A stretch of 64,000 nt of DNA, from the NCBI GenBank assembly GCA_964016885.1, contig OZ024740.1, positions 218,798,001-218,862,000 of the forward strand, in the 5' to 3' direction. The notes beneath the pieces were generated by a model, which worked only from the letters and a program-made list of their open reading frames with translations, made no database searches and was not told the origin of the DNA. This DNA comes from Eledone cirrhosa (lineage: Eukaryota). Shown here in pieces: positions 26,238 through 39,120 of this stretch. Numbering within the stretch: the first letter of the stretch is position 1; every line of letters starts with the position of its first letter. A program made the translations under genes and the position numbers.

Positions 26238-27296
26238 ATAAATGAACTGCTTACACAATTTTTATTCCTGTTGCCTGCAAAATGTTAGTGTGTCACTAAG
26301 TACTCATAATATCAAATAGAATATTTTCTTAGAGGGACCAAGGGAAAAAATATTTCTTTCACAAAAGGAAATTTTTTTTTATTCCTTTGGTAACGAGAAT
26401 ATGAGGGGGTGGGGGAACACCTAAAACCATTATGTGTAATATATAATCACTGCTAAATTAATACGAAGGATTTCAAAGAATCTTTCTTTTTTCATATTCA
26501 CTCTTTGATTTGTTTACATTACAATTTTTTGGTGGTGTGTACAAGAGTACTCCGCAAATATTATATGCTTCTATATTTAATGATCAGAAAAATGAAAGCA
26601 AACTTTGCGAAGTGTAAAGAATTGGGAGCTTAATAACCATGATTGAAAGATATTCTTGGGATGTAAAGGTTATCAAGTGGTTTGATTACACATTCACTCA
26701 GATACCTACTACTTACTTGCACAGGAATTTCTTGAAAATAATAAGTGTATGTATGTATGTACGCATGTATAAATGTATGCTATAGATATATCTTCATTAT
26801 CATTATATATATGTACAGCAAAGTACAGTATTTTATTATATATATATATATGTATATATCAAATGAAATGATGATACTTATTTTTTCCATTTGCGTATGT
26901 CATTTGCTTATGTGCAATTCTTTAAAACTCCAAAGAGCAGCAATAGCTGTATGATTATTAAAAATTGCCTTTTTTCCCTATGAGATGAAATGTATGTTAT
27001 TTATATTGTGTATATTTAAGCTGTAACCTATAATGATTAAAAAAAAAAAAGTTACTCACAGATTAACAGTTTTTAATAATTTATTTCATATATTTTTTTT
27101 CTATTTTGAAAAAAGTGGGGAATATTTCAATATCTGCTTAGCCCTTTCCTAAAACACCTAACAGCACATTTTGTTATTATCCTTTGAACCTTTTAGTCAC
27201 CAGTGACACACACACATATACATATATGCACACACGCACACACATATATATATACACATACATATTTATATACACATACATATTTGTGTACACACA

Positions 27297-27333
<37 letters not shown>

Positions 27334-29741
27334 ATGTATATATGTGCGTATACACACACTCGTTAACATGTTAATAATTTCTTTTTTATAATCATCCTTT
27401 TTCTCAATTCACTGCCTTCTTTATATATATTTTCCATTTCTAATCTCTCTCACCAATAATAATTTTATAGGTAATACCTATAAACACCAGTCACTGGCAC
27501 CATCACAGTACCATTCTTATTGTTCTCGGGAAGACATGGCATGTGCCTTTTTACCCATATCCCAACTACTTGTTATTCCATCCAGCATGTACTATGCATT
27601 TCTTTATATATTTAATAACTAGTTGATTTAAAAAAAAACAAAACAAACAAACAAAAAAAAAAACATTTTTTTTTTCCTATAATATTCCAACCTTTATAGC
27701 TTTTCAGGCTATGAAAATTTTACTTGGTTTTTATGACTCAAAAGCATAATGTTTTCGGCTTGTATTAAACTTAAATTGTAATGGACAGGGTTTTTATTAA
27801 AAAAATATTTTTCTTTTAATAATAAAATTTTAATTAAAAAAAGAACTAAAGTTTTTTTTTATTTAAGATTATCTGTAGTATTTAAGTTACAATATATCCA
27901 CCCCTTCTAATTTTCCTACTAAAACTTAAACATAGTAAATGTTTAGCTTCCTTTAGGTGTCATCCTTTCCCTCCTCCCTTTTTAATTATCCTAAAACTTC
28001 TCTATTTAAAACTTATTGCAACTAGTTGTCCTTGTGACTTTGACTGCCTTAAGCTAACCTCTTAGCTTTGAACCAATCTGCTGTGGCTTGAATGAAACTA
28101 CACAACACGCTATTATTGCTTCAAACATTTCTTGTTCCTTACCCCCTTCACACCCAGCTTGACTATATAAACTGCACTTATCATATTTAGCAGTCCTAGT
28201 TTATGTATGTATATATTTATTTTATACATATATATACATAGATTGGCTTGGTCATGTTCTTATATTATTTTAATTTTAATACTGAAACTAAAATATATAA
28301 TTTTTCCCGTTTTGTTTATTTTAACTTCATTTTTATTTTCCCTTTTTTCCGTTGATTTCAGGCCAAGCCTCTCACACAACCGTCCAATATTTTGGCACAA
28401 TTTAGACTTTGTTAAACACTTACGAACTTCCATTTTATTACAGATTAATTTGAATCTGTGTTAAAATATTTGAGATGGAAGAAACCCTTATTTTCTTTTA
28501 AGGGATCAGAAGACTTAGTAACTTTCTGATTATAATATATATTTTTTATTTTTTTTTTTAAAAGATGTGTCAAGACAGGGGAAAGAACGAGACTTTAAAG
28601 GTAGGCCCCTTAATATTGTAAATCATTCATTAATTTCTTAGTGCTGAGTCAACCTCAATTCATCTGCTGACAAGACTGCTTGAACCATTAAACTAGTATC
28701 TAGTTGCATTTCTTCATCTTATCACTTACTTGCCATTTGCTTTATATCATAACTGCCATACAGATGTGCACACATACACACATTTGTACTTAGATATATA
28801 TATATATATATATATATATACACTTACTTGTACACTACTGGTTGGTCAACATGCATATGTGCACAGATGCCCATACTTTTATTTGATGCATATGTATGGT
28901 GCTTTAATGTGGGCATAACACTTATACTTATCTATATGATTTCACTTCATTCAGATAATAAATTGATCTTTAATTAATAGCACTGTACCATTTTACTGAC
29001 TTGTCATCTAATGGAAAACAATATTGCGATGGTGACAAGAGACGTAAATAAGACAAACAGTTCATTAGAGAAAACTCGTTGGTGTTAAGGTGTTGAGTTT
29101 TTTCTTTTATCTTCTTTCCCAAAAATTATTTTTTCCCTCTCTTTCAATGTAATATATTGCTCTGAATAGTCTTTATGAATCTTCGCACATAATAAGCATA
29201 TTTCTGTTTCTTCATAAATATGTACTCCTAAACAGTGAGTTCGTTTCTGCAAATGTTCTTAATCTGACTTTCAGTAATACAACATGCTGTCAACCTCTCA
29301 AATTAAACAATGGCACTCAACAGATTGTTTTGCCCCCCAACTTTAAATAAAATTCCTATGAATGAAAACAAAAATAAAATATACATTTTTATTATCTGTA
29401 ATTACCAAAATGTAAACATTATATTCAAGTTTCTCTAAATGTTATTACAATTCAAAATTAAAACTATGGGGCTTTTAGTAATTTTGTTTTGTCTTTACCA
29501 TACTTAAAACTTGACATAGGGTGGGGGTGATTTTGTACATGATTATATCTTTTGATACCAAACTGCCTACAAGCATCTCTGGTTCTACAATATATGACTA
29601 TTTCTATTTAAGAACTTTCCATCATAATTTTACACAAGAAACTTTGTTCCAAACACAGGATGAATAAGAAAGTTGTATTACTAAATATCCCCCTGAATTA
29701 TTGATAATTTTCAAAATTACCTGAAAATTTCATTAGAAATA

Positions 29742-30043
29742 CTAGCAGAAAAACCACCCTTCGGCTGGTTTTCTGCTAGCATGTGTAGTGTGTATATTGA
29801 TATTATACGCAAGTATATATACATGTAGATATGATACATCAAATAAAAATCGTAATTGACAATATACACAGAAATTGAATGAAGACGTTGTTACACTGTC
29901 TTATGTAATCAGTAACGTAATCCATGATACATTTAAAAAAGACGATATTATATATAAACTGCATTAGGAGAAAATTAGTATGTTTATTTAAGTGATCGCC
30001 ACCAGAAGTGTTGACATCACACACTCTCTCTTTCTATATATAT
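29742..30043 (-). mobile_element. Possible non-autonomous Helitron-like element
   Basis: The minus strand ends CCAGCCGAAGGGTGG (hairpin), TTTTTCTG, CTAG|T, which resembles a Helitron 3' terminus. The 5' TC end is not clean. Confidence 0.35.
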
Positions 30044-31077
30044 GGTAGTTGAAGTGGTGCTGGTAGCAACGATATACCGGAAGTGCAACTTTGAAAAGAA
30101 GCCAATTTTAAATTATTTATTTTTACAAAATTATTTTTGTTGACAAAATTTAGTAGATAAATTATGTAATATTCATTAATTATTTATTCAAAGTAATCCA
30201 ACTTATTTTACTAATGGGATAAAAAAAAAATAAACCATACGCAGTCCCACAGACCTTCCTTTATTATAGCTTAGATGGTAAAGAAAGAGAAAACTTTACA
30301 AATGTGCCTTAATAGTTTTGGAGGTGTTTTTTTAAAATTTTATCTATTTTCTAGGTTGATTTATCCAGGTGTTAAACTGACTCTGGGGTGGGGGAACTAC
30401 GTATTGAAATACTTGATAAACTCCAAAGACTGTTTTCAAACAAACATTTCAAATTTCATCTTAACATAAACAGACCAAGCAGAAGTTTGACAATCTGAAA
30501 TTTAAACAAATTTAAGTTACTAAATTAATAAATTTATAGGCTATGAAAATAATATTGCCAAAGTATTAACCATGTACCATTGTTGATTTGGTTTGTTGAG
30601 TCGTATAGTAAAATGTTCGATCTGTTTAGATATTTTTTGTCCTAAGTGAGAGAAGAGTAGGTGCCCTTTTTTTTCTCTTTTCTTTTTTTCTTGGAAATTT
30701 CTAACTTCATTTAAATGTATTGCTTTAAGCTTTTGCAATATTTAGGGCATGTGTATTAGGATTGCATTGTATATTAAGGAAATTGCAGGCATTAATATGC
30801 ATTGCAGTTATTCTATATTTCTATTAGCATTCTTCCTATCCATGTTGGTTTAACCAACAAGGAAAACCTAAGTGGTCACTTGACCTGCTAGGAATTGTAG
30901 CCGAATCTGTTAAATCACACACTCTACAGTGAAAAAAAAAGAAAATCTAGTCATTGATATACTGTATGGGGGCAGGGAGACAATATGGTTGTATTTGGAA
31001 TGTTTAAACTGCAGGTCTGCTGGGTAAGGAATGACTGATCTGGGGCTAAATATTTGTATTAATATTCTGAAAATAAT

Positions 31078-31385
31078 CATGGCTGTGTGGTTAAGGTCAT
31101 TTCTCAATCATGAGGTCCTTGATTAAATCTCACTGCATGACATCTTGGATAGGTGTCTTTATTGTAGCCTCAGATTGACCCAAACCTTCTGAGTGAAATT
31201 GGGTAGACAGAAACTATGTGGAACCTTATTGGATGGACTGTACCTGTAATTGGAAGGTTCAGTCATATCACATCTTGTATCAAGCAGATTTTTTTTTTTC
31301 GTAGGAGTTATTATGCCAATGAAACGCCTAGCTGTGAAATATTTAACCATTTACACATTAATTCACATGAGTTAAACATTCAGTT
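31078..31385 (+). mobile_element. CORE-type SINE (family B) with extended body
   Basis: catggctgtgtggttaag head, gacatcttggataggtgtctt core and ggtagacagaaact..ggatggactgtacctgtaat. The extension is shared with 44385-44800 and 56610-56735. Confidence 0.7.
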
Positions 31386-33289
31386 GATCAAACAACTAAA
31401 TTGCTCAATACCAAAACTGACAGAGGATATAATCATTTAAAATTTGTATTCTAATTCTGCTGATTTAGCAATGTATAAGTTTTGTTTATAGTAACAATAT
31501 CATTGACATATCTTCAATTGCGATCAATAGTTTATAAATGGTTACTAAGCTGTAAAAAAAAAAATGAAAGCTTTATATCTATCCTAAGTCATTGAATTTG
31601 AAGAAGAAAAATCGAATTTGTATTTTAAAATCACAATAATATTGATTGATTGTTGGTAATTGTTTTAATTTTAAATTAAGCTTTTTCTGATATATCAATT
31701 TTTAGTTATCACCAACACTACTGAAAAGAAAGATTACCTGGCTTAAGGTACCGTATTTTAAATTGAAGCTACAGAGGTTGTTTCTTTCTTATCCACGAAG
31801 AGATACATTTAAGATTTAATAAAATATGTTCTACTATTGGAATATTCAAAATGTTAACAGTTTGAAATGAAAAGGGAGAAAAACATTTTGTCATGGATAT
31901 ACTAACAGGTGCAACACTGGATTTCTATCAAGTTAGTTCAAACTGGCAATAGCTGAGTAGAAGGGAAAGTGTTTTTGAGTAGATAATGTTTGTTGTGAAT
32001 TATTTCTATAGTACAGCAAAACTGATAATCTGGTGAAGAGCTGGATGCGAAGGTGCTGGTAAATCAGCAGTGCACTTTGACTTCATTGTTAAGGATTTGC
32101 ATTAATTTTCTATGAGTGAAAATAAGTCTTTGTTTTATTCTAGATGATTAGCCAATACTTTACAATATTTATGTTGTTACAGCTAATGCCTGCATAGGTT
32201 TGGGTTACAGCTAATGGCTGCATAGTTTTGGCTAGTCTTCTATGAGGCTGCATCTCACAGGATTTTTCCTATCATGTCACTTTTTCTGGTGACGAGAGGT
32301 GAGATTTGAGTACATAGAGGAATATTTACTGCATAACAGTTTAGCAAATCTGCCAAGACTGGTACATTATTTATTGACTTTGAAAGTTGACCGTGGTGGG
32401 TTTTGACCTCAGAACAAAAAGAGCCAGAACAAATACTGCAAAGTTGAATATACGAGCCTCATTTTTGTTAGAAATATGATATTGAATAACATAAATAACT
32501 TTGAATTACATGTTATTTTTCTTTTAACTATACAAACTCATTAAGGAGACGGAAAAGGAATGGCTATTTATGTTCTAGGACAGAAAGGGCATCCAGTTGT
32601 AGATATTTTGCCAAACAATAGGGTTGGGAGGATCCTCAGTTGTGTCAAAGACATGACAACCTCTCCTGTGCACTCAGTGGAGTGTCAGCCGTACATAAAG
32701 CGAGTCACACATCCCTGGCCCACCTAGGAGATAAGTGTCTTCGCTTCAGTACTGGCTTGGTCTATGTAGGCTCGTCCAACCCTTGCTAACAGGGAAAGTG
32801 GACATTAAATGCTACTGTTGCTGCCGATGGACATAAAACCAATGATGCTTCTGATGATAAAATCCTTCTGAATCATTGTCTGATATGTAGTTGGATAGTA
32901 GCAGCCATTGGTGATCAGATAGCTGCTTATTGTATTGAAGTAGCCAAATGGAAAATAGATTGGAATTCAGCATCATAAACAAAATGTATTTTTATCATCT
33001 ATAGAGGAGCTAATCAACTATCAATTAAGAACTGTAATAACCAGCTTGTCAACAATTTTGGCTACTGAAGTGCAGGCATGGCTTTGTGGTTAAATTTGCT
33101 TCACAGTTTCAGGTTCTGTCACATTCTGTGACACCTTGAACAAGTGTATTCTACTATAGCTGTAGGCAGACCAATTCCCTGTGAATGAATTTGGTGGCTG
33201 TGTTAGTCTCTGCCTCTCTGCTTCACGTTTGGTATTGCTAGAACAGATAGTGTTATTTATGTTCTGCATAAACAAGACCTCACAGAGAC

Positions 33290-33900
33290 CAGGTTGACAG
33301 TAGATAAGGTGATATGAAGGCAAGGGAGGTAGCTTGACTGTCAGGTATTGTTACTGAGATGCAGAAAATATTTGGCATGGTAGGTCATATGCTAGCCAAC
33401 CAAGTAGTACAAGAAGTTATCATACCTAGTGACTGGCATTATCATCAACTGCTACAAGGGTAAAGGAGATGCACTAGGATGAAGGAAACGATAGAGGCAT
33501 CAGATAGTAAAAGTGTTATAGCATAACTGATTTGCTGAGATGACTTGTCATTTGGCTTCGTGCCAGGAAGAAGTATTACCAATGCACTCTTTTTATTCAG
33601 ACAATTGGAATAAGCTTCTCTACTTAAGATTCATTGATCTGGAGAAGGCCTTTGACAGGGTCCTTTATTCAATAATCTGGTTGCTGCTAAGCAAACCAAG
33701 GTAGATAAATGGCTTGTGAAGGCTATGTAAGTGATGTGCATGAATGCAGTCAGGATGAAGATTAAAATAATGAATACAATGATGAATTTAACATGCTGGT
33801 AGGTGTTCAATAGGATTAAGTTATCAGTCACCTTCTGTTACATTTTCCTGAGTGACTAGCTGGGAAACTAATGGAGACATTGTATGGTTAAGATGACTCC
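33290..33900 (+). mobile_element. Highly degenerate RTE LINE RT fragment
   Basis: Similar to the reverse complement of 1100-1553: atacctagtgactgg, aactgctacaagggtaaaggagatgcactag, ggcttcgtgccaggaaga, ttcattgatctggagaaggcctttgacagg (FIDLEKAFDR). Confidence 0.8.
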
Positions 33901-35454
33901 TTAGTCTAGTCGAGGACATAACTTCTAGTGCTGGTGCTATGATAAAATGCACCCAGGACCCTGTAAAATAGTTGGTGTAGAAATATATAAAAATGTAATG
34001 TTTTAGTGGGATATGGCCCCTCAACCCATCTAGTAACTCTGAAAAAGAACTGACTTAGGTTATAACAGTTTGCAACATATGCCAATTACGCCATACATGG
34101 TGGCTGTTGTTTCGCTACTGAAAGCACTTCAATGGAAGATGTGAGCATACACACACATGCTCTCGTTTACTTAAAAATGAAGAGGGGAAAGCAATAGGAA
34201 AATAAAATAAACTACATTTGAAAGAGCTTCTCGAATAATTAACCCTGAAATGCCTTGCATGAATAAGAGATGCTTACAAAATTAGAAAAATATAAACAAC
34301 CAGAGAAGCCTGTTTTGATATTAGGATTGCTTATTGTGATTATTTCATGTCCACTTTTTCCATGCTTGCATGGGTTGAGGAAGAAAGTCTCAATGTCATG
34401 ACACATATTTGACAGTTAGTCATTTAAGAGAAATTTAAACAATGTTCAAAGCGTTGGAAAATATTAGTGTCAGTCTATATGTGCTTTAACTACATGTTAA
34501 TAAAAATAGTTACAGCTCGTTAAATATCTTAATATATTGTTAAATGCTTTTAATCCCTTTTTTTTTTTTTTTTTTTTTTTTTAACTATATTTCTATCTGT
34601 TTTAATTAATTTTTAAATGCTTTAAGAATTTAGAGGAATTTTGTCAGATAACTCATTTTGTTTATTATTAAACTGTTATTTAGAACTCAGCTTAACAAAA
34701 TGGTGTTACATAAAATAATGTTGGGTTTTAATTTAGATATGAAAACTTTAAAACAGGAAGATTGTCTTAGAATTAGGGGTGATCTTAGGCAGGTTGGTAC
34801 AAAGGGGTTATATTGTTTCATAGGAGAAACTATACAATTAAATATTGTTAGAACTTGATGGTATATGATATACAGTGAATTAATTAGCAATTAAGGTGTC
34901 ATCTAGATGGAAATAATTGAAAGTGGCGAGTTGAGGGAAATAAGCACCGTTATTAAGACACCTGGTTGAAGGTAGATTCAACCATGTCTTTTTGAGCTGA
35001 ATTTCATTATGTAGACATGTGGATAATTGTTATTCTTACATTATGTTCATATTTTAGCTTCTTGAGTTCAAATTCCACTTGGGTGGTAGACTTAATCTGT
35101 CACATACATGGTTTAACACCACAAACAGGACCGTGGAGCTTTTAACAGTATTAATTTTATAGCAATTATTCAGGCCATGTTTCTAGTTTGAGGATCCCCC
35201 TCCCCCAATTCCAGAGGCCTTGAAATAGGTCATGGGCACTGCCGCTCCCACCATGACTAAACAGTAAAATAAAACAAATCAGCTTCAGAGAAAGTAGAGA
35301 ACAGAGATTCGGGAAGAATCAACCCTAATATGGAATTGATACTTTATCTATTGACCTTGAAAAGATGAGAGGCAAAGTTGAACATGGTGGGATTTGAATT
35401 CAGAGCACAGTGAGCTGGAACACACCCCAGGGTATTTTTAATCTGACACCCTAA

Positions 35455-36147
35455 TCATCATCATCATCATCATCAACGTTTAACGTCCCGTGTTCCACGC
35501 TTGCATGGGTTTGGACGGGGGTAGTCCCACTTGAGGCAAGATTGATTGTCTTGCTCGCATAGGACTGTCTGGCAGGTTTTCTACAGTTGGATGCCCTTCC
35601 TAACACCAACCACATTTACAGTGTGGGTCTGGGAGGTTTTTACCGTGTTGCCTACACGGCCACATTACAGCGTGGACTGTGTGTTTTTTTTTGTCGTGAC
35701 ACCTACACGATCTCATTTGTTTCGGCCTGGATGGCGCGGCACCAACATAACTTTACATAGAACGGGGTGGGGTGGGACGGGGTGTATTTTGTTAGAGATG
35801 CCTACTGGCTGGAGTAGGTTTTACTATATATATTTAGGTAAGGCGGGTCTTCTCTGTTACTGAGTACCGCCAAAGGTCTCGGTCCAGTGACATTGTCTTG
35901 GAGAGGTGTGTGTGATGTCGGAGTTTATCAGCTCGTCCCAGGTTTTTCTAGGTCTGCCTATTCCGTGACTACCGTCTATCTTTATTGCCCTGCACTTTGT
36001 TATACAGCTATCGACTTTCATGCGCATCACGTGTCTATACCAACGTAGCCTTCTCTCGAGTAAACAACATCTGATCTCTCTTATCTCTAATTTTTTCCTG
36101 ACTTTACCAATTACCCACTTTGGTCTAGTAGTATTGCACACAAGCAC
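35455..36147 (-). mobile_element. 5'-truncated RTE LINE (ORF C-terminus, 3' UTR and (GAT)n tail)
   Basis: RLRWYRHVMRMK..GRPRKTWDELI with a (CAT)n tail at ~35455. Closely similar to 60551-61217. Confidence 0.92.
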
Positions 36148-36415
36148 CTTTAGTTTAGATTTCTCTTTATGAAAGATATATCATAGTCGGAGACAAACAA
36201 TAGAATCAGTCGGGGTTTTTCAATTGGAAAGTCAGAATGACCTACACTGATAGATATGGTTATTTAGTTAGTAGCAAATGAAATATGTTGACACTTCTAC
36301 TAATAGTAATCAAACAATTAAGTACATTAAAGGGAAAAAGTAACAAGACCTGTGTATCTCGTGAGATAAATGCCTTATTATCATAGATAGGATTATTATG
36401 ACTATATTAATAAAT

Positions 36416-36580
36416 GCAGGCATGGGTATGTGGTTAAGAAGGTTGCTTTGGAACCACACAGTTCCAGGTTTAGTCCTACTGCATGATACTATGAGTAAGG
36501 CTTTTCTACTCTTGCCTCAGGACACTCAAATACCTTGAGAAAAATTTATCTGGTGGAAAACTTTGAAGAAACCTGTGATG
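36416..36580 (+). mobile_element. CORE-type SINE (family B)
   Basis: gcaggcatgggtatgtggttaagaaggttgctttggaaccac head. Confidence 0.7.
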
Positions 36581-36915
36581 TGCGTATAAACCCCCCTCCC
36601 CAATGTGTATGTGAGTCACTGCAAATGTCATATCGATGTAATTTATAAAAAGCCAGCAGTGACATTTATGTCCCTTATGAACAATATATACTGCAGTGTA
36701 GCAGTTTGATGGACGTTAGTGGTATATACCAGACTTAAAAAAAATAGATATAATTGGTGTTAAAGGATAGCTGGCCATTGAAAACCTGCCATAAAAAACA
36801 TCTTGTCGAAGCAAAGAAAAAGTTCACTTGATGATGGTGATAATAGATTTATTAAACCTATATTCAGGACATTAGAAAATACTTGTCACCACAACTTATC
36901 TTGAATATTGTTTAA

Positions 36916-37066
36916 CCCTTTAGCATTTAAACTGGCTACGTCTAGCCAGAATCTCTTACCTCTTTCTGTTCAAACCAGCTGTAACCAGCCACTCAAAATA
37001 AATATCAAAATCTCATAGATTCAATATGTGAGATAGTATATATAAAGTAATGTAAATGCTAAAATG
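36916..37066. mobile_element. piggyBac-like MITE, family P1 (internally deleted, opposite orientation to 11830)
   Basis: TTAA|CCCTTTAGCATTTA...TAAATGCTAAAATG|TTAA. Confidence 0.85.
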
Positions 37067-37439
37067 TTAAATTTATATAAGTGGTTAATTTTGCAGAATG
37101 CGTGTGATATCATTGAGGTTTTCTTTCTAGTAAATGGCCAAAATCTAAGCACATGCTTCTATGGTTGTTTAGCCTTTTAATTTCGAAAAACTGTTAATCT
37201 CAAACTGGTTATATATAAGCAGTTTTTATATTTTCCTTTATCTATTACTGTGAAATCTGGACACTGTAGAAGCTACATAATTCAACTTAAGCATTTCACA
37301 CTAAAGTTGACTGTACCTTGAGTTCAAATACTACTGTGGTCAGCATTGCCTTTTATCCTTTCGGTGTTGATAAAATAAAGTACCAGGCTAGGGAAGTGGA
37401 TTAGCAAACCTGTTAATGTCATATAAGATAAATCGTGAT

Positions 37440-37900
37440 GTTTGTTTTTAGCTCTTTACATTAAGTCCAAACCCTCCAGTTTGCTTAATTGACATCCAAT
37501 TTAACACCACCACTTGACCTTTGGGGGCCTTTAGCAGATTCCATTCTGTTATAAGCATTTGGACTAGATCTCTAGCTAGAGGATAACTTCTCCCTTCTTT
37601 TCCCCAGTACCAACTGCTCCTAGTGGAAGAATCTGAAAGTAGGAGACCTAGGAAGAAGTGAAGATAGCTCTCAGGAGGTTGAACCTCACAAAGGAGACAG
37701 AATCCTGTGTTGAAGCCCTGGCAACCCATGCAAAGATGGCAAATAGATATAAAAATAAGATTGGGAGCTTCGTATGATTTAATGTCTATATTTGAAGCTC
37801 TCTCGCCGATTATATTCATAATAAGCCTTCCTGGTATCAACCATTTTGTTTTTATCTGCCACTATCTCATTTTTTACATTACACTATCATCTATCACTCT
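37440..37900 (-). mobile_element. Possible L1/Tx1-like LINE C-terminal remnant
   Basis: CLLCEVQPPESYLHFF resembles the zf-RVT CxxC..E...H.F motif. Otherwise degenerate. Confidence 0.35.
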
Positions 37901-38989
37901 TAACCTGCAGCAAGGCTAGTGCACATAACACTTAACCAACGATTATATTGCTATTGTCTCACAGGACAATAGTTTAACCCCTGGGCTAGTGTATTTATAT
38001 ATACTCTCTGGAATTTGTAAGCAACACTACTAGTAACTAATTAATTAATACTAGGATATCTCAGGCATGGACAACAGGATGAGAATAATCTACTGTGGTT
38101 TTGAGTTCCAAGAGGATTACTGAATACGACAGGCACCTGAAGAAGACTGGCGAGCGTGACAGCTGAAACATGATTATAACAACCCAGATGAGGACACTGG
38201 CTTGGAATATGTCAGGTTTTTTAAGAATGATATACCTAATCCCAGACATTCAGGCAAAATTAGTTTCCAGATTATTCAATTTGAAGCTGAAAGTGTTTAA
38301 AAGACAATATGCAGAATAATCATCAGTTATACGACTGTTTTTCCATACTTGCATTGGTTGGCTGGATCTTCACAAGCACAGTTTTCCTTCACTTGACACA
38401 TTGCTTTATCATCCTGTCTGTGAGGTTCAACACTGAGATCAGTTCTCAAAGATCACGTCTTAGTTTACACAATTGTATCTCAGAAGAGAAATCTTTCATA
38501 TGCACACATACTTATTGATAAACCTTGGAACAACAAACCATAGAAGATTATTCTAATGTTTGTTTCTACAAAATTTATACAAAACTTTTTTTTTTTTTAG
38601 ACTATATTTAAGTGTAATTTGTGTTGTCTTTGCAACCAATCACTGTCTCAAAAATATCAAACTTTTCTGAAGTATGTGGAAGAATGTTTGGTTCAACCAT
38701 TTCTTACTGTTGCTATCTACAGAACTGGCTATCTATTGTTCTGACAAAATGGTTCTATAGGTCATTTAACTTTCCAGAATCCAGTTTCTCTTGACAGTAA
38801 TTCTATTTTCATCATTAATGTCAATAGAAAACTGACAAAAATAATTTGATTCCATGGTTTCATTTGTTGGATTGAATCCCCATAAATGTCCTGTTTATAA
38901 AGCTGTTGATAGCCATGATCATTTACAAAATTATTTACCTTTTAGCAAAATCATAGTGTTTCTACACAAATTTCAACTAACACAGATAC

Positions 38990-39120
38990 AGACATGGTTG
39001 TGTGGTTAAGAAGTTTGCTTCACAACCACATTGCCTTGGGTTCTATTCCACTGTGTCACCTTGGACTGACCAATGCCCTATGAGTGAATTTGGTAGACAG
39101 AAACTGTAAGCCCATTGTGT
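38990..39120 (+). mobile_element. CORE-type SINE (family B)
   Basis: catggttgtgtggttaagaagtttgcttcacaaccac..gggttc..gagtgaatttggtagacagaaactg. Confidence 0.8.
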
